DNA of 63,816 nt, counting the filler, from Octopus bimaculoides (lineage: Eukaryota): the NCBI RefSeq assembly GCF_001194135.2. It is 4 parts of 4 records of this genome, joined end to end, with 100 filler letters (N's around TTAATTAATTAA, not from the genome) between each part and the next. Parts side by side here need not be neighbours in the genome. Positions count along the whole stretch, not along the records: positions 10,202 to 34,317 come from NC_068981.1; 3 more parts are not named here. The stretch is one strand, 5' to 3'. Position numbers and translations under genes: made by a program. The notes under the pieces are model-generated. The model saw nothing but the letters and a program-made list of their open reading frames with translations. It searched no databases and was not told the origin of the DNA. Below, in pieces: positions 11,640-25,028 of the stretch (its first letter is position 1; each line of letters begins with the position of its first letter).

Positions 11640-11830
11640 CAACCAGTAAGGCGGCGAAATCGCAGAATCGTTAGCACCTCGGGCAAAATGCTTAGTGGCA
11701 TTCTGCCGAGGTTGACTTGCCTTTCATCCTTTAGGGGATGATGAAATAAGTACCGCTGGGGTACTCGCTGGGGTCGATCTAATCGACTAGCCTCCTCCCG
11801 CCAAATTTCCAACCTTGTACCTATAGTAGA
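11640..11830 (+). mobile_element. SINE family C (tRNA-derived, Meta/Nin-like central domain)
   Basis: aaggcggcga...gcagaatcgttagcac head, gcctttcatccttt...aagtacc core and (ATT) tail; multicopy in the window. Confidence 0.8.
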
Positions 11831-12582
11831 AAGGTTTATTACCCCAACTATTTACTCTGAGAGACCCAAAGCAAAGCCAACGTTCCCTTTTCAAGATTAT
11901 CACTATGTCAAAAAGGACAGGTAGATTTCACTATACTAGAAGATGCAAAATGAACATCCCAAGGGAGATTTCAATTGAAAATTAGTCGCTATTCTAATTA
12001 ATCAGTTCATCTATATTCATTGAAAGAGAGGCTGTGTAAGAAAGAACGTTGTGAGATAAAAGGAGGGAAAAGACAAAAGAAGCGAGTTTAATTGAGGGAG
12101 AATAACGCGTAGCTTATTGTGGCAACGACTTCTCAAATCACGTCGATACATCATTATAGATGACAACAATTGCATTCTGTTCTGATAAGCTTTATGATAC
12201 ATTATTAATTCTTACACAGAAGTAAGTATACGCGCACATATACGTATATACATATATACATATATACATATAGAGAGCCATCAAACCAAGATAGTCGCAC
12301 GATTCCCTGAATACAAATCTTGCACTATTCATTAATATATATATATATATTCTCATATACATAGACCCGTATACATGTACACACAAATATACGTATGTAT
12401 GCCTATGCATACAAATATATATATATATATATATANNNNNNNNNNNNNNNNNNNNNNNNNNNNNNNNNNNNNNNNNNNNNNNNNNNNNNNNNNATTCATA
12501 TATATACACACACGTGCACACGCACAAACATATATATCACTCATAATTACATTGAATCACACGCACATCTACATTGTAGATG

Positions 12583-12634
<52 letters not shown>

Positions 12635-13365
12635 TACATACATGCATACACATAATAAATTCCCACATGAGCATTTCGATTGATCCACACGTAGAAGATT
12701 AAGCCACTTTGCTATTGATATTGTTGTTCTTCTTTCGTCTGTTTTCGCTATTTAATTATACCATCGGAACAAACATACAGTGGTGAGATATTGTAGCTTA
12801 AACGTAAAACAAGATTCCACTAGAATGCTAGTGCATCTTAATAATAAAAACAAAAAAAAAATCCTTTGTTAGCATAGTCGGTAATACAAGAGCCGGTTTT
12901 ATGATAGCATTGCTGAAAAGAAATCTTTGAATAACTATCATCGATGTTGGCAAAATAGATCAATGCTATTGGATAGGATCAATGAAGCATCGCATATTTT
13001 CCTTTCTTTCATTCATTTTTCTGTTTCCCCAAAGGCAAGGTTCTAAGACCGAGTTAATGGTTTTTTTTTTCTCTCTAGAATAGATTGACATTCTTATGAG
13101 GTTTAAAAGTATTATATTAGATATTAAATAAAAGTGTATTTTTGTTCATCAAAACCGAGTACGGATTTAACCGTCGGCTTTACTGATTAGTTTTACAGTA
13201 GGCAAAGATTATGTTTGTTTGTATTGTTGATAATATTGAAAATTATTCCAGTAACAGAAATTCTTGTCCTGAATACACTACGCTACACAAATACACTCGA
13301 CATTTCCTCCTCTCTTTGCTCTCCTTCAATTCTATCGTCATTCTCTCCCCCATCTCGCACGCACA

Positions 13366-13415
<50 letters not shown>

Positions 13416-13935
13416 NNNNNNNNNNNNNNNNNNNNNNNNNNNNNNNNNNNNNNNNNNNNNNNNNNNNNNNNNNNNNNNNNNNNNNNNNNNNNNNNNNNNN
13501 NNNNNNNNNNNNNNNNNNNNNNNNNNNNNNNNNNNNNNNNNNNNNNNNNNNNNNNNNNNNNNNNNNNNNNNNNNNNNNNNNNNNNNNNNNNNNNNNNNNN
13601 NNNNNNNNNNNNNNNNNNNNNNNNNNNNNNNNNNNNNNNNNNNNNNNNNNNNNNNNNNNNNNNNNNNNNNNNNNNNNNNNNNNNNNNNNNNNNNNNNNNN
13701 NNNNNNNNNNNNNNNNNNNNNNNNNNNNNNNNNNNNNNNNNNNNNNNNNNNNNNNNNNNNNNNNNNNNNNNNNNNNNNNNNNNNNNNNNNNNNNNNNNNN
13801 NNNNNNNNNNNNNNNNNNNNNNNNNNNNNNNNNNNNNNNNNNNNNNNNNNNNNNNNNNNNNNNNNNNNNNNNNNNNNNNNNNNNNNNNNNNNNNNNNNNN
13901 NNNNNNNNNNNNNNNNNNNNNNNNNNNNNNNNNNN

Positions 13936-14126
13936 CAGGAAGTAAGAGTGAGAGAAAGTTGTGGTGAAAGAATACAGCAGGGTTCGCCACCATCCTCTGT
14001 CGGAGTCTCGTGGAGCTTAAGGTGTTTTCGCTCAATAAACACTCACAACGCCCGATCTGGGAATCGAAACCGCGATCATATGACCACGAGTCCGCTGCCC
14101 TAACCACTGGGCCATTGCGCCTCCAC
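13936..14126 (-). mobile_element. SINE family B (tRNA-derived), 5' part
   Basis: Head gtggaggcgcaatggcccagtggttagggcagcggactcg with A box and B box (ggtttcgattcc); matches 49398-49753. Confidence 0.85.
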
Positions 14127-14775
14127 AGAATCGCTTGCACGCCGAACAAAATGCTTCGCGGCATTTCGTCCGTCTTTACGTTCTGGCTTCATATTCCGCC
14201 GAGGTCGACCTTGCCTTTCATTCTTTCGGGATCGATAAATTAAGTACCAGTTGCGTTCTGGGTCGATCTAATCGACTGGCCTCTCCCCCAAAATTTCGGG
14301 TTTTGTGCCTACAGTAGAAAGGGTTATTATTATTAAGCAGAATCCCTACCACGCCGGTAAAAATGCTTGGCAGTATTTTGTTCGTCTTTACGCTCTGAGT
14401 TCAAATTCCACCGCGATTGACTGACTTTGCCTTTCGTCCTTTCGAGGTCGATAAAATAACTACCAGTTGAACACTGGGATCGATGTAATCGACTTACCTC
14501 TCCCCCACCCGCATGAAATTCCTAGCTTTGTACCAAAATTTTAAGCTAAGGTGGTGAGGTGGCCGAATCGTTACCGCGCCGGGAAAAAAAAATGCTTAGT
14601 GGCATTTCATCCAACGTCACGTTCTGAATTTAAACGCCGCCGTGATCGACTTTGTCTTTCATCCTTTCGGGGTCAATAAAATAAGTACCAGTTGACCACT
14701 GGGATCGATATAATTGATTGCTACCTTCCCACAATTGCAGGCCTAGGACGAAAATTTGAAACCAATATTTCTATA
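14127..14775 (+). mobile_element. three tandem SINE family C copies
   Basis: The gcctttc(a/g)tcctttcg...gataaa...agtaccagtt core occurs at about 14215, 14430 and 14655. Confidence 0.85.
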
Positions 14776-15512
14776 AAGTAGCCTAAAGTAGCCTAAAGTA
14801 GCCTAAATTGACTCACTAGAATGTTAAGACTAAAGATATGTGGAATTATAACAGAAGACAAAGGGGTGGAACACAAGCATGAAAATGAAAGTAAAACGGA
14901 TTTGACAGAGAAAAAGAAAGAGGGAAAAACGCAAGAGAGTAAAAATGAAAATGAAGAAGGAAAAATTATGAAAGAATCCGTTTATCTCATATGGAGTATA
15001 GACAGGGCAACTATTCGAAATATACCATGCAACCTTCCAAGAAGTGTTCCTATTCATATACATATATAAACACACCATTTAAGATTAAGGAATGATAAGT
15101 TTCTATTAGTATGCAACAAGAAATCATTTAAATAGAAGGCAAAGAAATTGCATTCGTAAAACAAACATCATTAGCTAACTTTCATACTCAAAATATAGAT
15201 TCACATAAAGATAGCGACATATGTTTAAAACGTATCTACATAATTACTACACACACCTACACTTGTACACACAAGAACAAATATCAACGCGCGTGTGTGA
15301 GTGTATATGTATATGTGCATGCGTGAGTGTAGGAAGGCTCGTGTAATTATATATCTATATCTTTAAGGATATATTTTCATACATACACTACATATATACA
15401 TACATATATATATATATATATATTCATTAGAAATGTAGAGACGCCTATAATAGGACATCTACTCGCTAGAAATAGCAGCAAAAAATTTATTAATTTATTA
15501 ATTTATTAATAA

Positions 15513-15592
<80 letters not shown>

Positions 15593-15631
15593 TTGTATAT
15601 ACATATATATATATATACACACATATGCATA

Positions 15632-15694
<63 letters not shown>

Positions 15695-16450
15695 GTGCAT
15701 ACACGTACAAACACACACACATATATACACATGCACGCACACACACAAGCGTGCACTCATATACATATATATTGAGTGCTTGTACACGTGTCTGTGAATC
15801 TGTATGAAAACATATACACGTACACACACACACTTACACTCGCACACATGCGCGCGCGCACACACATACACCACACTCACACACATGCACGCACACACGC
15901 GCGCACCATCGCACATGACGCATACACGCACATGTGCACCGCTTTGATCCTGTAATATGCAAAGAAACATAAACACTGAAGCTTACATCCAGCCACTGTA
16001 TACATATCATGTATATACGCATATAACTACCTATGTATGTATGAATCTATATATCTACGGATGCATGTATATACGCATGTATATATACGTATGTATATAT
16101 GTATGATGCTGATGAAGTAGTTGTAAACAGTTCTTCAAGTTTATACAGAACTAATCTAAGTACCATCTCATACAAACACCCACATGTCAAATTATTTACA
16201 TACATGTGCCTATATGTACTTGACGTATTATTAGTGTTAATGTGTGTATATATGAGGATATTCCTGTCTATGTATTTGTTATTTCTGTTGTTCACATTCT
16301 TGAAGTTTTAGCTGTTGTTTTTTTTTTGTCCTTATTTTATTTGGGACTTTTTTCTTCTATTTACACATATGCCCTTTCACTCAATCACTGTGTCACTATC
16401 AATGTACCTGTTTTAACTCAATAAATGTATGTATGTGTGTGTGTGCGTAA

Positions 16451-16490
<40 letters not shown>

Positions 16491-17813
16491 NNNNNNNNNN
16501 NNNNNNNNNNNNNNNNNNNNNNNNNNNNNNNNNNNNNNNNNNNNNNNNNNNNNNNNNNNNNNNNNNNNNNNNNNNNNNNNNNNNNNNNNNNNNNNNNNNN
16601 NNNNNNNNNNNNNNNNNNNNNNNNNNNNNNNNNNNNNNNNNNNNNNNNNNNNNNNNNNNNNNNNNNNNNNNNNNNNNNNNNNNNNNNNNNNNNNNNNNNN
16701 NNNNNNNNNNNNNNNNNNNNNNNNNNNNNNNNNNNNNNNNNNNNNNNNNNNNNNNNNNNNNNNNNNNNNNNNNNNNNNNNNNNNNNNNNNNNNNNNNNNN
16801 NNNNNNNNNNNNNNNNNNNNNNNNNNNNNNNNNNNNNNNNNNNNNNNNNNNNNNNNNNNNNNNNNNNNNNNNNNNNNNNNNNNNNNNNNNNNNNNNNNNN
16901 NNNNNNNNNNNNNNNNNNNNNNNNNNNNNNNNNNNNNNNNNNNNNNNNNNNNNNNNNNNNNNNNNNATATAATAAACACCCATTTTATCGTCGGTATACA
17001 AAAGTGAGTGAGCCATGAAGACTCAAAAAGATAAGAGATCGTAACTCCTTCCCTACCATCGTCTCTCCTTACAAGTAACCTTTATTCATGCAGACAGCAC
17101 TACCCCCCCAAAAAAAAACTAAGAAAAGGAAACACCAACATCAGCGCCACCTCCAACATATCGAATTAACAGAACACTCCCACTAACGTAAGAATTATTA
17201 CACGGTTATACCCTCCCGTCAACAGCAACAACACTATTAACAACGTTGTTATCATAACATTCTTCGTAGCCACTATCACCTTCACTAACACAGCCCAGGA
17301 CATATTCTACCAGAGCGACAAGAGCCATTGGGGACTTCTACTGCCATAACATCAAAAAACGACAACAAGAACTACAACATCTACAAGAACCTTTGTATAA
17401 AACAACAGCCGCAGTAACAACAACATAGATAACATCGACGGCATCAAGGATGATTTATATAATCAGAAAGTTCTACGTAAATACCTAAAGAGCAACTGAT
17501 ATGGAGGGCCGATTCCACAAGCGCATTAGTCGTTAAAAAGACGTTAGAGTTGACAGAGGAATTTTTCATTCAGGCGAAATTCGAACTGACAGACAACGAA
17601 GCCACCCATCTCTTCTTGAAACAACAGGTGAAGGTGGTGGTGGTGGTGGTGGTGGTGGAGGTATGTGTGTGTGTGTGTGTGTCTGTGTCTGTGTGTCTGT
17701 ATGTATTCACGCAGTTGCACATACATACAAAACACACACATACTGTATTGATACATGTACAAGATTAAGTTTAATACATATCTTCAGTATAAAAGTCAGT
17801 GGAGGCGGTGGGC

Positions 17814-17850
<37 letters not shown>

Positions 17851-18184
17851 AGACACACACACACAGNNNNNNNNNNNNNNNNNNNNNNNNNNNNNNNNNN
17901 NNNNNNNNNNNNNNNNNNNNNNNNNNNNNNNNNNNNNNNNNNNNNNNNNNNNNNNNNNNNNNNNNNNNNNNNNNNNNNNNNNNNNNNNNNNNNNNNNNNN
18001 NNNNNNNNNNNNNNNNNNNNNNNNNNNNNNNNNNNNNNNNNNNNNNNNNNNNNNNNNNNNNNNNNNNNNNNNNNNNNNNNNNNNNNNNNNNNNNNNNNNN
18101 NNNNNNNNNNNNNNNTATATATATATATATATGTATATGTATATACATGTATATACGTGCCTATGTGTGAATATGTGTGTGTGT

Positions 18185-18390
18185 GTGTCTTTATGTCAGT
18201 TTTGAGTTTGTGCCCCTCCCCACCTTATACTTAACAACCGGTGCTGTTACGAATCCGTCACTTAGCGGTTCAGCAAAAGAAAGCGATAAGTATCAGTCTT
18301 AGAGATAAATACTGGGAGACGATTTGTTCCACGACGTCCTTCAAGGGGCTTCCCTAACATGTCCATTGACTGAAAGAAGTAAAAGAAGAT
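18185..18390 (+). mobile_element. SINE family A 3' half, degenerate
   Basis: cttagcggttcagcaaaag...actgaaagaagtaaaagaag matches 1-140. Confidence 0.7.
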
Positions 18391-18544
18391 AAAAAATATG
18401 CGCGTGTGTGCGCGTGTGTGTGTGTGTGTGGGGGGGTGTGTGCTTGTGTGTGTGCTTGTGCTTGTGTGTTTGTGTCCATCTAGAAAAGAATAAAAGGTCC
18501 CCTTAAGTGTTGAAATATACCATGAAAGCAATACTCAGAGAATG

Positions 18545-18975
18545 AATAAGGACAACACAGGTGAGACGTATTTTAACAAATGTATTAGCTTAACGCTTAA
18601 AAGGAAGGGAACGAGTCTTGACGTTTCGGATTACATACATGCGCCAACCACCCAGTATCTCATGTCATTACACAACCACGCTGACACACCTCTACACTCA
18701 TCTTCCACCAAATAAACACATACGCACTCACATCTCTCTCAATACACGGGTAAGCCCCTATAGAAACGTATCTGCTACCACCTCTTCTCTTAACTTTTCC
18801 ATAGAACTGCATTGTTACGTAGATTTTAACCCCCTCGCTTGCTTCTGTGTTTTACTATCAAGTACATTCGAACTTTCCTCCTGTACTTTTCTATATTTCT
18901 CTTCAGATAAAGGACTAGCTTCCAAAACGTCAAGACTCTTTCACTTACTTTTATGTGTTAAACTAAATTAACGTT
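18545..18975. mobile_element. putative non-autonomous Penelope-type element with inverted ends and a decayed hammerhead motif
   Basis: 18584-18630 and 18921-18967 are inverted, about 39/47 complementary, and contain (G)AAACGUC. Decayed hammerhead architecture at 18901-18934. Confidence 0.55.
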
Positions 18976-19182
18976 TCTTAAAACTTATTTTTACTTTGTC
19001 TCCTTTCATTTTGTGTTCACTGCTTTCATTACACGCGCACTCCTCCATATGTAGAAGTGAAAGAAAGAGGGAGAGAGTGAGAGAAAAGAGACAGGCGCAG
19101 AAGAGAGAGGAGAGAGAGACTAAGGGAGAGAGAGAGAAAGAGAGAAAGAAAGAGAGAGTGAGAGAGAGTGAGTGTGTGTGTG

Positions 19183-19238
<56 letters not shown>

Positions 19239-20194
19239 TGAGAGAGAGAGAGAACTACGTACACGTTACTGCGCTTGAGGTGTTGACCTGAAAATTAATT
19301 TTGATTGATTGAAATTACAGCCTCAATGAGAATAAAACTCATTAGCATTAATGAACATTATATTCTCAGAAAGGGCAAAGGGAGGAAATTGTGACATTTC
19401 AGTCGTTCAAAACTGAATTTTAACCCTTTGACTGTCCAAAGAATTTTCGTAAATTTGTCTTAAATGTCCATGTTTGTTTTTGAACTTTTAGTTAATCCTT
19501 GTTTCATACGTTCTGTGAAATATAAAGTTTTTCTTTCATTGTTCCCAAGTTACTCTGGTGGTTTGGAGATGGGTAAAGCGTAAAATTTTTAATAGTCAAA
19601 GTGAAAATTCCGTGTAGGTCTTATTTTTATTGAAACTTAGCATAGTCTATACAAGACAACTATGGCGATGAATCGGCACAGTGACAAGGGCGACGGGCAG
19701 AAGGCCCGACTCCTTGCTCTCTGAGTTAAAATCTTACCGAAGTTAACTTCGCCTTTCATCCTTTCGAGAACGATAAAAAAGCACTAACTCAAGGCAATGG
19801 ATTGCCGGAAGTGTAAGTACGTCTTATTTGTTCCGGATCTTTGAGTTCTGAGTTCAAATCCTGCCATGGCCTCCACCTAGAACTTTAGCCTCCTCCAAGA
19901 ACTTTAACTGAGGCATTTCCGTTGCAGGCATTCGAGGCAAATTTCCGGTTTCTTCCATCTCTTCTCCAGTCTTGGAGGCTCTGTAACGCGTTGTGGACAC
20001 AGCCTTCTCTGACCAAAAGATAAAAAATTACCTACGAGAACATATAACAAATATTTAGTATGAAAATTATTAAATGGTGAGGCACAATTAAAATGATGAT
20101 GTTAGAAAATTTCTGAAAACTGCCTATATATATATACACATGAATACATACATACATATATACATACATATATAAAAGCACCCTCCATTTATGA

Positions 20195-20495
20195 ATGAAC
20201 ATGTGATTACACCTAGGAGGTTCCACACCGAGGCACATATCCGGGCAAGGTCGTTTATGGAAGACCAGCAGTCGCCCATGCATACCAGCCTCCCCTTTCC
20301 ACGACACCGATGTCATCCAAAGGAAAGGCCGATACAGTTTGGCACCAGTGACGTTGCTTCCCATTTCCACAACAGAGTGAACTGGAGCGACGTGAAATAA
20401 AGTGTCTTGCTCAAGAACACAACACACAGAACGGTCCGGGAATCGAACCCACACTTGATTGTGAGCTCGGCGTTTTAAACACAGAGCCATACACC
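20195..20495 (-). mobile_element. tRNA-derived CORE-type SINE (family D)
   Basis: Minus-strand head ggtgtatggctctgtg...gggttcgattccc, followed by gtgttcttgagcaagacactttatttcac. Confidence 0.75.
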
Positions 20496-20519
20496 TTCAC
20501 ACACACACACACACACACA

Positions 20520-20712
20520 CCAGCCCGGAGTTATAGTAGAAGACACTTGCTCAAGGTGCCATGCAATGGGACTGAACCTGGAACCATGTGGTTGGGACCG
20601 GGTTTAGTCCCACTGCGTAGCTCCTTGGGCAAGTGTCTTCTACTATAGCTTTGGGCTGACCAAAGCCTTGTGAGTAGATTTGGTCGATGGAAACTGAAAG
20701 GAGGCCGTTGTA

Positions 20713-20754
<42 letters not shown>

Positions 20755-20764
20755 CCTAAATATG

Positions 20765-20835
<71 letters not shown>

Positions 20836-21224
20836 GTATATATGTATATATTTATCTGTGTCTCTGTGTTAGTGTTTGTCCTCCCACCATCGCTTGACAA
20901 CTGATCATCGTGTGTTTACGTGCCCGTAACCTAGCAGTTCGGTAAAAGAGATCGATAGTGTAAGTACTAGGGCTTGTAAAGATTAAGTCCTGGGGCCATT
21001 TCTCCGATTAGAACGCCTTCTAAGGCGGAACTCCAACACGTCCGCAGTCAAATGATTGAAACAAGTGGAAGAAAAAGAACACAGAGAGGCTGTGTGGTAA
21101 GAAGATATGGTTCCGGGTTCAGTCCCATTGCATGGCACCTTGGGCTAGTGTCTTCTAATACAGCCTTGGGCCGACCAAACCCTTCTGAGTGAATTTGGTA
21201 GACGACAACTGAGATAGATCCGTC

Positions 21225-21235
<11 letters not shown>
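20520..21235 (+). mobile_element. SINE family A cluster (one long copy with internal microsatellite, a second head, and a short inverted head piece)
   Basis: Heads at about 20575-20710 and 21085-21235, tail at about 20860-21070, inverted piece at about 20520-20590. Confidence 0.75.
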
Positions 21236-21260
<25 letters not shown>

Positions 21261-22941
21261 GACTTACTTGCAAAAAAGGACGTGTGCGTTCAATAATGTA
21301 ATAATACAAAGAATATATATACATGTACAAATACAAAGAATATATATACATGTATACACACATATATGTACATACTTACATCTACATGTGTATATACATG
21401 CATATCAGGGTACAGGACGTTAGAACAATAAACTACAGACAACGGAACGAACATATAGGAAAACGGAAAGCCACTTGGAATATCCCTTCATCAGCTGTCT
21501 CTATTCTATCTAGACGTTTCGAAGATAAGACAGAANNNNNNNNNNNNNNNNNNNNNNNNNNNNNNNNNNNNNNNNNNNNNNNNNNNNNNNNNNNNNNNNN
21601 NNNNNNNNNNNNNNNNNNNNNNNNNNNNNNNNNNNNNNNNNNNNNNNNNNNNNNNNNNNNNNNNNNNNNNNNNNNNNNNNNNNNNNNNNNNNNNNNNNNN
21701 NNNNNNNNNNNNNNNNNNNNNNNNNNNNNNNNNNNNNNNNNNNNNNNNNNNNNNNNNNNNNNNNNNNNNNNNNNNNNNNNNNNNNNNNNNNNNNNNNNNN
21801 NNNNNNNNNNNNNNNNNNNNNNNNNNNNNNNNNNNNNNNNNNNNNNNNNNNNNNNNNNNNNNNNNNNNNNNNNNNNNNNNNNNNNNNNNNNNNNNNNNNN
21901 NNNNNNNNNNNNNNNNNNNNNNNNNNNNNNNNNNNNNNNNNNNNNNNNNNNNNNNNNNNNNNNNNNNNNNNNNNNNNNNNNNNNNNNNNNNNNNNNNNNN
22001 NNNNNNNNNNNNNNNNNNNNNNNNNNNNNNNNNNNNNNNNNNNNNNNNNNNNNNNNNNNNNNNNNNNNNNNNNNNNNNNNNNNNNNNNNNNNNNNNNNNN
22101 NNNNNNNNNNNNNNNNNNNNNNNNNNNNNNNNNNNNNNNNNNNNNNNNNNNNNNNNNNNNNNNNNNNNNNNNNNNNNNNNNNNNNNNNNNNNNNNNNNNN
22201 NNNNNNNNNNNNNNNNNNNNNNNNNNNNNNNNNNNNNNNNNNNNNNNNNNNNNNNNNNNNNNNNNNNNNNNNNNNNNNNNNNNNNNNNNNNNNNNNNNNN
22301 NNNNNNNNNNNNNNNNNNNNNNNNNNNNNNNNNNNNNNNNNNNNNNNNNNNNNNNNNNNNNNNNNNNNNNNNNNNNNNNNNNNNNNNNNNNNNNGAGAGA
22401 GAGAGAAGAAGAAGAAGAAAAAGAAGAAGAAAACAGAAGAAGAAGAAAAAGAAGAAGAAGAAGAAGAAGAAGAAGAAGAAGAAGAAGAAGAAGAAGAATC
22501 GATCCTAGTGTTGCTACTCTAGTTATCGACCCCAAAGCGATAACAGGTAAAGCTGATCTTTGCAGAATTTGAACGTAGATTGCTGAAAGTAAGGGAAAAC
22601 GACTAAGTACGGGAAGGCATCCTATCTAGTTTCTAAAAATTCTTCAACACCTTCAATATACACGCGCTCGACCAGGTACGTACGTACGCGCGCGCGCACA
22701 CACACACGGACACACATCATGAGTATGGAGTCGCTACCGTTAGATATGGCAATGAGAGGAAAGAATATAATAAAATGGCGTGATATAAAAAAAATAACAG
22801 ACGATAGATGTCTTATTGCTGGTTTACGTTTTTATGCTCGACCGTATAGACAGATGAGGTGACTGAGATAGGCAGCAGGCATTGAGAAAGATAAATAGAG
22901 AAGAAGATATCTATCTATGCATGCATATATATATATATATG

Positions 22942-23027
<86 letters not shown>

Positions 23028-23138
23028 CGCCTACCTATCTCTCTCAGCTCATCTGTCTACCGTTATGCATTAAAACCTATACCAACATCATATCTATTGT
23101 CTGTAGTATCACTTTGATATTTTTTGCTCATCATCATT

Positions 23139-23176
<38 letters not shown>

Positions 23177-23874
23177 CACATATGCATATATATATACCTA
23201 CATACATACAGATGATACATACATATATATATATATTTATATATATGTAATTTATATGTATATATACATAATGTATGTGTTTATACATAAATATATACAC
23301 GGGCAGACAGAATTTATAAACTAATAGATCAATTCACATTAAATGCAACCAAAATAAAATGGAATAATGCAATAGACGTCACTGCTATTAAAAAAATAAA
23401 GAAACCACAACAAATCGAATTGCATGAACCAAACACGTATTAACCTCCAGAATTTACAATTCAATATATAATATTTCTGACACTGAATTTTCTGTGTTAC
23501 CGTGAAATTCAGAGTATCGGTACACGCTTTCAGATGAAACATATATCTATATTGTTTTGGCTCGGGAGGATCATTATACTCATAATAAACACATGCACTG
23601 GTTCAATTCCACGTTGCTATTAATCTTCGTCAGAATGAATTGTGTTTGCTTAAGTTTGCTTGTGTTTGGCTATGTTGCCATTCGTGACCGCTTCTGTGAC
23701 ATAACCTTTCTACTCCAGGTCGCCTTGAAGTTTGTGGTTTAATTTTAGATTTAAAATATATGTTGTTGTGCGGATGTGGGTGAAATATATGTGACAAATG
23801 GAGGGAGGAAGAACGGGAACTTTCATACGCGCGCGCGTGTGCTTTCAATTTGGTCTTACATTTTGACACCAAGG

Positions 23875-24043
23875 CTTGCAAGCTCGATTACATCGACTTC
23901 AATGCTCTGCTGGTACTCATTTTATCGAATGGGAACGGTTGAAAGGCAAAGTCGACCCCGGTGGTAACTGAAATCAAAACGTGCAGAAATGTCACTGAGC
24001 ATTTTGTGCGGCGCGGTAACCATTTCTGTCAGCTCGCCACTTT
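23875..24043 (-). mobile_element. SINE family C, degenerate
   Basis: ctggtactcattttatcga...gaaaggcaaagtcgacc is the reverse complement of the family C core. Confidence 0.6.
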
Positions 24044-24168
24044 ATGTGTGTGTGTGTGTGTGTAGGTGTGTATGTGTGTGTGTTCGTGTGTGTGCGTATG
24101 TGTGTATACACATCTTAATTTAAATACACTTTTTAATTTAACAGTTTATGCATGTCCTTTATTTATAT

Positions 24169-24464
24169 TGGAGGCGCAATGGCCCAGTGGTTAGGCCAGC
24201 GGACTTGCTGTTGTAGGATCGCGGTTTCGATTCCAAGACCGGGCGTTGTGAGTGTTTATTGAGCGAAAACACCTAAAGCATCACGAGGCTCCGGCAGGGG
24301 ATGGTGGTGGACCCTGCTGTACTCTTTCACCACAACTTTCTCTCCCTCTATCTTCCTGTTTCTGTTGTACCTGTATTTCAAAGGGGCCAGCCTTGTCGCA
24401 CTCTGTGTCACGCTGAATCTACCCGAGAACTACGTTAAGGGTACACGTGTCTGTGGAGTGCTCA
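24169..24464 (+). mobile_element. SINE family B (3' end in gap)
   Basis: tRNA-like head with A and B boxes; about 90 percent similar by eye to the other family B copies. Confidence 0.9.
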
Positions 24465-25028
24465 NNNNNNNNNNNNNNNNNNNNNNNNNNNNNNNNNNNN
24501 NNNNNNNNNNNNNNNNNNNNNNNNNNNNNNNNNNNNNNNNNNNNNNNNNNNNNNNNNNNNNNNNNNNNNNNNNNNNNNNNNNNNNNNNNNNNNNNNNNNN
24601 NNNNNNNNNNNNNNNNNNNNNNNNNNNNNNNNNNNNNNNNNNNNNNNNNNNNNNNNNNNNNNNNNNNNNNNNNNNNNNNNNNNNNNNNNNNNNNNNNNNN
24701 NNNNNNNNNNNNNNNNNNNNNNNNNNNNNNNNNNNNNNNNNNNNNNNNNNNNNNNNNNNNNNNNNNNNNNNNNNNNNNNNNNNNNNNNNNNNNNNNNNNN
24801 NNNNNNNNNNNNNNNNNNNNNNNNNNNNNNNNNNNNNNNNNNNNNNNNNNNNNNNNNNNNNNNNNNNNNNNNNNNNNNNNNNNNNNNNNNNNNNNNNNNN
24901 NNNNNNNNNNNNNNNNNNNNNNNNNNNNNNNNNNNNNNNNNNNNNNNNNNNNNNNNNNNNNNNNNNNNNNNNNNNNNNNNNNNNNNNNNNNNNNNNNNNN
25001 NNNNNNNNNNNNNNNNNNNNNNNNNNNN

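Noticed and set aside
14127-14775. CRISPR-like or regularly spaced repeat array
   Set aside because: The units are ~200-bp diverged SINE copies in a eukaryotic context; no short identical repeats with unique spacers anywhere in the window.
14774-14803. (TAAAGTAGCC)x3, and a 20-mer x3 at 31912-31973
   Set aside because: Ordinary short slippage duplications with no further structure.
19424-19603. piggyBac-like MITE (TTAA-CCCTTTGAC)
   Set aside because: The left end fits but the right end (tagtcaaagtgaaaa) is too degenerate and lacks TTAA.
21323-22522. 399-aa ORF and other long ORFs rich in X
   Set aside because: Their length comes from N gaps; the flanking residues are microsatellite or SINE sequence.
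24169-24245. tRNA gene (also at 14126, 25293, 32469, 49753)
   Set aside because: A and B boxes are present, but each is followed by the same SINE body and no proper acceptor stem; these are SINE heads.
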